64,000 nucleotides of DNA from Eledone cirrhosa. Lineage: Eukaryota. This document shows, piece after piece, positions 56,488 through 64,000 of the stretch (the first letter of the stretch is position 1; every line of letters starts with the position of its first letter). The stretch spans positions 18,228,001-18,292,000 of the forward strand of contig OZ024758.1 in NCBI GenBank assembly GCA_964016885.1, read 5' to 3'. The notes under the pieces are model-generated. The model did no database searches and was not told the DNA's origin. It saw nothing but the letters and a program-made list of their open reading frames with translations. The translations under genes were made by a program, and so were the position numbers.

Positions 56488-57085
56488 ATCTTTCTTTATT
56501 TGCCACAGGGGCGTACAACAATGGGACATTACAATACGTGACGGTGGTGTTTTTACATAAAAATAACTTTAAAAATAATAAATAACAATAAACTATATAT
56601 AATAAAATAACAATTTAATTCCCCAATAGGGGGGAACGTTACTGCAGGGTCGTTTTACCCCTCGTGGATAGAACAACCCTCAACACCAGGAACAATTTCT
56701 GTAGGTGTTCTGTAGGTGTTCCTGTCTACCCGGGCCATTTTTGCCACATTCACCCACCTCTCAGCGAATTTACTGGGGTGGAACACCTCTCTCTCCACTC
56801 TCACCTCCCTTCTGAAGTGATACTTAAAGAAGGGGATACGTTGTTGTCCGGAGAGAAAGGTGCTTGCCCTCAGTTCTTTTAACCTCCTGCACCATATTAC
56901 CTCTTTCGCCATAGCCACCAGACAGAAGAAAACCGCCTCTCCTTCCTTCTTAAATGAAGGTGGCGGGGTGATCCTCACGATGGATTCGGCTGACAACTGA
57001 ATGCGTCCTACATGTGACAGCAGCTGTTCGACATAATTCCACAGGCCGGTTAACCCTGGGCACTGAACAATTGCGTGCAGAACTG
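56488..57085 (-). mobile_element. L1/Tx1-clade LINE 3' fragment
   Basis: HAIVQCPGLTGLWNYVEQLL..AKEVIWCRR..; 3' AATAAAGAAAGA runs into (TA)/(TCTA)n. Confidence 0.75.
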
Positions 57086-57149
57086 TATACATTATAAGCA
57101 ATGTATGGGGTGGAGGGTTAATTAAAACCGAAAATCAGAGAAAGAGTAG

Positions 57150-57550
57150 ATATATGTCTGCATGCAGGGATGTGTGTTTATGTATGTGTGTGTGAGTGTG
57201 TATATATGCCTGTGTGTATGTATGTGTTTGAGTGTGTGTGGCCATGTAAGTGTGTGTGTGGCCCTGTGTATATATGTATATGTGAGTGTGTGTGTATGTA
57301 TGTAGGTGTGAGTGTGTGTGTGCACCTGTGTCTATGTATGTGGGTGTACCTGTGTGTACGTATGTGAGTGTGCGTGCGCCTGGGTGTATGTGTGTGAGTG
57401 TGTATGTGTGCATGTATGTGTGTGTGCATTTGTGTATGTATGTATGTGTGTGCCTGGGTATATGTAAATATGTGCGAGTGTGTGTGTGGATGTATGCGTC
57501 TTTGTGCCTGTATCCATGTGTGTGTGTGTGCCTGTGTATGTATGTGTGTT
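57150..57550. repeat. Degenerate (TG)n-rich tract
   Basis: Direct reading. Confidence 0.9.
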
Positions 57551-58132
57551 GTAATGAGTGGAATGAATGATGACTGATTGGAGGGAAACAATGAAGGAAT
57601 AATTAATTTACGAGAACATTGATCATAATTATTGTCTTTGGGGAGAAATATTTCAAATTTCTTATGCAATATAACTGTTTGGACTAAGGATATATGATAG
57701 CGATTATAATATTTTAACTTTTCTTTATACTCACAGGCATATCAGGGAATTCATAAAAAAACATTAAACTTGCGTTTATGTTGTGTCATTCTTCAAACAC
57801 ATATTCGATATCCCTGATGTTCGTATCAATGACATTGTAAATACAATAGACATATTCAGCTAATTATATGAGGTACGCCGAAGAACGTGTGAGACCTCAT
57901 CTTTTCAAGCACTTCTAATTGATATACTTAACTGTGACTCTAATACATTTTTAATTTGTTATAAGCTAATATGTTAAACCGTTTTCTTTTCTGGTTGAAA
58001 TTTTAGGCGGCTGCAGCAATTGTTACACAAAAAAGGCTTAGGTTATTATGTTTCAGCAATGTGTAACATTAAATTATTTGTGATCTAGTATAGTGTGTCA
58101 AAAATAATGACTTGTCTATATTCATGTAAATA

Positions 58133-58234
58133 GTTGTTTCTACTATTGGCACACGGCCAGCAAATACAGGTACTTTATTTTATCGAACCCGTAAGGATGA
58201 AAGGCAAAGTTAACCTCGGCGGGATTTGAACTCA
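58133..58234 (-). mobile_element. SINE fragment
   Basis: B-box and core. Confidence 0.8.
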
Positions 58235-59158
58235 GTAAATAGTAATTGTTGACGAATATATAGGTTGACCATAATCTTTATATATGATATGGAACGTCAT
58301 AGAATGTAACAAATTATATGTAACAACCTATTGATAAAAATGTGTTACGGAATCATATATTCCGATGAATGTATAAAATCAGAGATCAGGTACTATTCTA
58401 TTAACATATTCATTTAAAACCAAACTGTATGGTAGTCATGCAAGAAAAAAATTAATCAATAATAGGAACAATCATGGCAGGATTACAAATCATACTTGAA
58501 GAAAAAAATCATCATTTTCATATCGACATATTTAAATATATGTTATACATTGCAGGTAGTGTTACGTTATAATTAAATCTCATTTTCAATGTTAGCTGAA
58601 TTGAGAGATTGATAAATAATGCTTATTATGTGCAATTAAATTTGAAGTTATAAAAATTAAATTTGATTATATGAAAACAATAACAAAACGCATTTCGATT
58701 ATCTTTCGTTGAAGCATAATTGGAAATTATGAGAAAAATAAATAAAAAAATTAAAGGAAAGACGTGTCAAATAAATGTGGGGATAATTTAAGAAGATGAA
58801 ATCCTTTGAAATTACTCGTGGACAATGCTAGAAAGAGCAACCGATTCTCCTTTACCTCATACACGAAGTCATATTAGAAGTTGATACGTTACAGTATATA
58901 TTTTATTCATCGACACACTTAAAAGGAAATACAGGATGGTCAAAATTGGAACACCTATAATTGCAAACCTCATATGGGACTACACAGATTCAGCAACAAC
59001 AGCACGGAGAAAATCAAATATCGACATGTTTTATGATTTAACTTGTTGTCAGAAAATCTTTTTTGATATGCAAGTAACAAGACTCATTTGGCCGGTGCTT
59101 ATCCTGGTTTCATGCCGTTAAGCGACTGAGAGTAGAAGGCTCCCCACAGTATGTGTAT

Positions 59159-59245
<87 letters not shown>

Positions 59246-59298
59246 CATATATATTCACACTTATACATATGTATATATACATACACACACACACACAT

Positions 59299-59397
<99 letters not shown>

Positions 59398-59399
59398 GT

Positions 59400-59910
59400 A
59401 TAATAAACAATACAATATAATAACCTCATTACCAGAGGTTTCCCGAATAAGACGAATACAAGAAACGTCCACATTCGTTCGTCAGACAAGGCAATTTAAA
59501 ACATAGTGAAATATTTGAAAACTCTCCTCAAGAAAGGCAAAAGTTTAACGGGCAAAAAAATATATAAATAAAAGTAATGCAACAGAAATATAGTAAGGGT
59601 ATGTGTATAAATGTGTGTATATTCACCAACAAATGTACATATGTGTGTATGTACAAATGCTTGTGTATAGTGAAAAAATGTGTCCGTAAAAACATACATG
59701 AGGGCAAGCATATCAGTGTATGTGTGACATACACTGATATGCTTACTATACCCTTACTATATTTCCTTATTTTATTTTTATATATCTCTTGCATTACTTT
59801 TATTTATATATTTTTTTTGCCCGTTAAACTTTTGCCTTTCTTGAGGAGATTTTTCAAATATTTCAGTATGTTTTAAATTGCCTGGTCTGATATTAAATTG
59901 CCTTGTCTGA
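59400..59910. mobile_element. Fold-back pLTR-like unit (family L)
   Basis: ~120-bp inverted arms at 59482-59600 and 59748-59890; (TA)n flanks. Confidence 0.65.
59424..59491 (-). ncRNA. Type I hammerhead motif
   Basis: Minus: CCTTGT-CTGACGA-ACGAAT...ATTCGG-GAAA-CCTCTGG-TA-ATGAGG. Confidence 0.6.
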
Positions 59911-60448
59911 TATATATATATGCATACATATATATATATACATACATACTTATGCAGAACTGATGAGAAATGTGCAGATACTCCGCCCTGCTTACATCTT
60001 CATATTTATGCCTGTGAATATTGGGGCGCTGGGGTATGTTAGTAACTGCCTCAATACAAATCTTGAGAAGCTGGACTTCACAGGAATAGAAAGAACACAA
60101 CGAGTGTTGAAATTACAAGTAAAATCCATTAATGGAACAGTTAAAATATGTTAAACGTTCCAAAAATGTTGCATCTAATAACTGCATATACACATGTACA
60201 GATGCAAAGCATATACACATGCACACATACACTCAAAACATACACATCCACACATACAATAACATCCATATCCACACATGCATGCATACATAATCTACCT
60301 AGTTATTGTTCTGTAAATTCCAATGAGAGAGTATTGTGTCAATGTTAGAAACCGACTCTCTCTTTATTTTGAAAAAATTTGTGAAACTATAAAACCAGAA
60401 GTACATACATATATATATACATACATAAATACATATAAATATATACAC

Positions 60449-60487
<39 letters not shown>

Positions 60488-60507
60488 TACATATCTATAT
60501 ATATATA

Positions 60508-60574
<67 letters not shown>

Positions 60575-60578
60575 AATT

Positions 60579-60638
<60 letters not shown>

Positions 60639-60639
60639 G

Positions 60640-60726
<87 letters not shown>

Positions 60727-61243
60727 TTCTTTGATATTTAGCATTTCTTTGCCCCTCTTGAATTCTGTCTTTCCTCCAATTTAACTGTTTTTGTTCATCA
60801 CATTTGTTTATTTTTATCATTTATCCGTTTCTATTATTGCAAGCATCTTTTCCCATGATATACGTTATTTATTTTTGCTTAACAGTCAAATTCCTAAGTT
60901 TCCTGTCATTATTGTTGATGTTATGATTGTGCGCTTCTTGCTTTGTTTTTGAGGGTGTTTTTGTAACAGTCGATTTATACAATGTTGCACTATATTTTTT
61001 TATAACATTGTTGTTGATATTGATATTGTTGTCAGTGATATTTCATTTGTATATTTGTCATCTTTCTGTTCTTTTATTTTACTCTTTCAATGAAGTTGTC
61101 TTTTGTGTAGTTATCTTACAAAGTAGCTTAGCTAAAGCCGGTTGATCTCCAGCAATCGGAAAACATTGATAATTTGATTGTGAGATATTCAGAAAAATAC
61201 ACACACAATTATTATTCACATACAGCCAGAAATAATCATACAG

Positions 61244-61282
<39 letters not shown>

Positions 61283-61420
61283 GACATAGGAAAACGAATC
61301 GTAAAATACGTAACAATGTTTAGTAAGAGAGAAGGCATACAGGGGCACACACTCACACATGTATGTATATATATATGTATATATATATATTTCTATGTTT
61401 ATATATGTTTATACATATAT

Positions 61421-61470
<50 letters not shown>

Positions 61471-61476
<6 letters not shown>

Positions 61477-61665
61477 TTTCACCGCTCCTATTAATGACGT
61501 ATTATATTCGTTTTTTCCCGTTCTTTGCCAGAGAACGTTTCCACGAACCAAAGTATCGTCTTCCTGTCTTCCTCCGGTTGCAACGTTTTTTGAAATATCC
61601 ACTTCTGCGTTTACAGATTGACTTTGTTAGTTTCATAAGATCCCGTTAAGGGTGAAAGCAGCGAT
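61471..61665 (-). mobile_element. Family J copy
   Basis: Reverse complement of ~32400-32570. Confidence 0.7.
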
Positions 61666-61786
61666 TCTTTGCTTAAACTTTAATCTGTTATTTTAATAAA
61701 TATTTGCTCTACGGTACTTATATATTTGCTATATATTTATCCTTATCGAGCCCTCTTTGGATTTTAGTCTTCAAATTTATTATTAT

Positions 61787-62307
<521 letters not shown>

Positions 62308-62342
62308 TAGACATATATATATATATATATATAAATATATAT

Positions 62343-62403
<61 letters not shown>

Positions 62404-62408
62404 TATAT

Positions 62409-62479
<71 letters not shown>

Positions 62480-62485
62480 TATAGA

Positions 62486-62517
<32 letters not shown>

Positions 62518-62543
62518 CGTTTTTATATATATTTTTTTTGTAT

Positions 62544-62583
<40 letters not shown>

Positions 62584-63099
62584 GGTCAGATCTGAGTGAC
62601 TTAGCGACGACCTAGATAAAATAGGTAAAAGGAAATAAGCCAAGAAAAAGTGATAGAAAACAAGTAATGGAAACTGAGACGTGGTGGAGATAGAAAAGAA
62701 AAAAATAAGAAGAAAAATATTGATGGAATAAAATACACAGCAAAATAAATTCAACAGAGAGTTGTAGACAGGGAAATAAGCGTAAATGGCAGACACATAA
62801 AAATGACAAAACAACATAATTTAGGTAAAAGACTAACAGTAGAAATGATGCGAAAATGGAGTTTTATAGAATGTTAAAGGAAATGTGAAGATAAATGTCA
62901 AATCCAACAAAGTTTGTGACAGAAAAAAATAAAATTTCTGAAAGCATCAAGAGTAGAATCAATAATACACATATTATGTTTAATGATCACACCAAAAGTA
63001 CAGTCATACCGTTAATTATATCGCGTCATACCTACCTAAAATATTTGATAACATCCATGACAAGATTCAACAACACACTATATACTTATAACGGGTACT

Positions 63100-63305
63100 T
63101 AATTAGGCTCAAGGCCAGCAATTTTCGGGGCAGAGAGAGAAAGTAGGTAACGTCGACCCCCAATTCGTTAGCGGTTATTTATTTTATAGACCTTGTAGGG
63201 AGGAAAAACAAAGTTAACGTCGGCGGCATCTGAATTCCGAAGGTAAAGGGATGTAACTCTATGGTGTGAAGCATGCTGCCCGATGCTCTACCGATTCTAC
63301 CAATT
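63100..63305 (-). mobile_element. SINE, long form, degenerate
   Basis: Same family. Confidence 0.75.
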
Positions 63306-63356
63306 CTAATAAAAAAAGTTGTAATGTTAATGTAATATGTTGCAAGCTATTAAAAT

Positions 63357-63535
63357 AATTGTTTCCTCTTTTGGCACAAGGCCAGCAATACCCAGTGTAT
63401 TACCGGTACTTTATTTTATCGACCCCGTAAGGATTAAAGGCAAAGTTAACCTCGGCGGGATTTGAAATTATTCCGTAAAGGGACGTAACTCTATGCTGGA
63501 AAGCATGTTATCCGACTCTCTACCAATAATGCCAA
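63357..63535 (-). mobile_element. SINE, short form (tandem)
   Basis: Same family. Confidence 0.88.
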
Positions 63536-64000
63536 TAATAACATACAAAAAATCCCTTTATTCCAACATATAACTTATTAACGTAATTCATTGAACCAAG
63601 ACTGTCTCAGCGGTGACCACTTAAACAATAGATTTCCTAGAGTGATAACAGAAAGTATATAGTAAATAAATAAACTATTCATATTTCAGATACTCAATGG
63701 GTGTCCTTGAGTTCTGGGGATGGCGTTCGTTTTTTCTAACTGTCAGAATATTCATAGAAAACATGAGGTAGAAAGCTGCTCTGAATTAGCATGGGTATAT
63801 TCTCCAATTCTAGAGAAATTGGTTGTATCTTCTCTATCGAGGTTTATTAACTTCATGGTTATTTACATTACTTTCAAGAAACATTTCCTGACCGAAGAGA
63901 AGAACAAGGAAAATTCGATCACGAGATATAAAAAACGACGGAGGAGAAGGTCCTGGAGGAATTGGGACATATAGAAGATAGCAGATAGCAGAGTTCCGTT

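Noticed and set aside
59945-60130. Possible degenerate LINE coding fragment
   Set aside because: Only a vague resemblance to RTE motifs.
63600-64000. 84-aa ORF near the window end
   Set aside because: No recognisable domain; the context may be truncated by the window edge.

Overview
Eukaryotic, very AT-rich, gene-poor window dominated by (TA)n microsatellites and retroelement debris. The repeat repertoire suggests an octopus or other cephalopod, which is an inference. I found no credible host gene, and most ORFs in the track are translations of (TA)n/(TG)n runs. Recognisable elements are about 18 copies of a tRNA-derived SINE, six fragments of a (TAA)n-associated R4/Dong-type non-LTR element, RTE, L1/Tx1 and CRE-like fragments, and a Penelope-like GIY-YIG endonuclease. 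The main hidden signal lies in the short unique islands between (TA)n runs. Most are asymmetric fold-back (inverted) units from about 10 different families, and many contain type I hammerhead ribozyme motifs (stem I-CUGANGA-stem II-GAAA-palindromic stem III-UH-stem I), several with unusually long stem II inserts of 57-115 nt. One apparently non-coding unit (9498-10469) has two directly repeated hammerheads 591 nt apart, a retrozyme-like layout that could release a 591-nt (circular) RNA. All motif calls were made by eye and coordinates may be off by a few bases.
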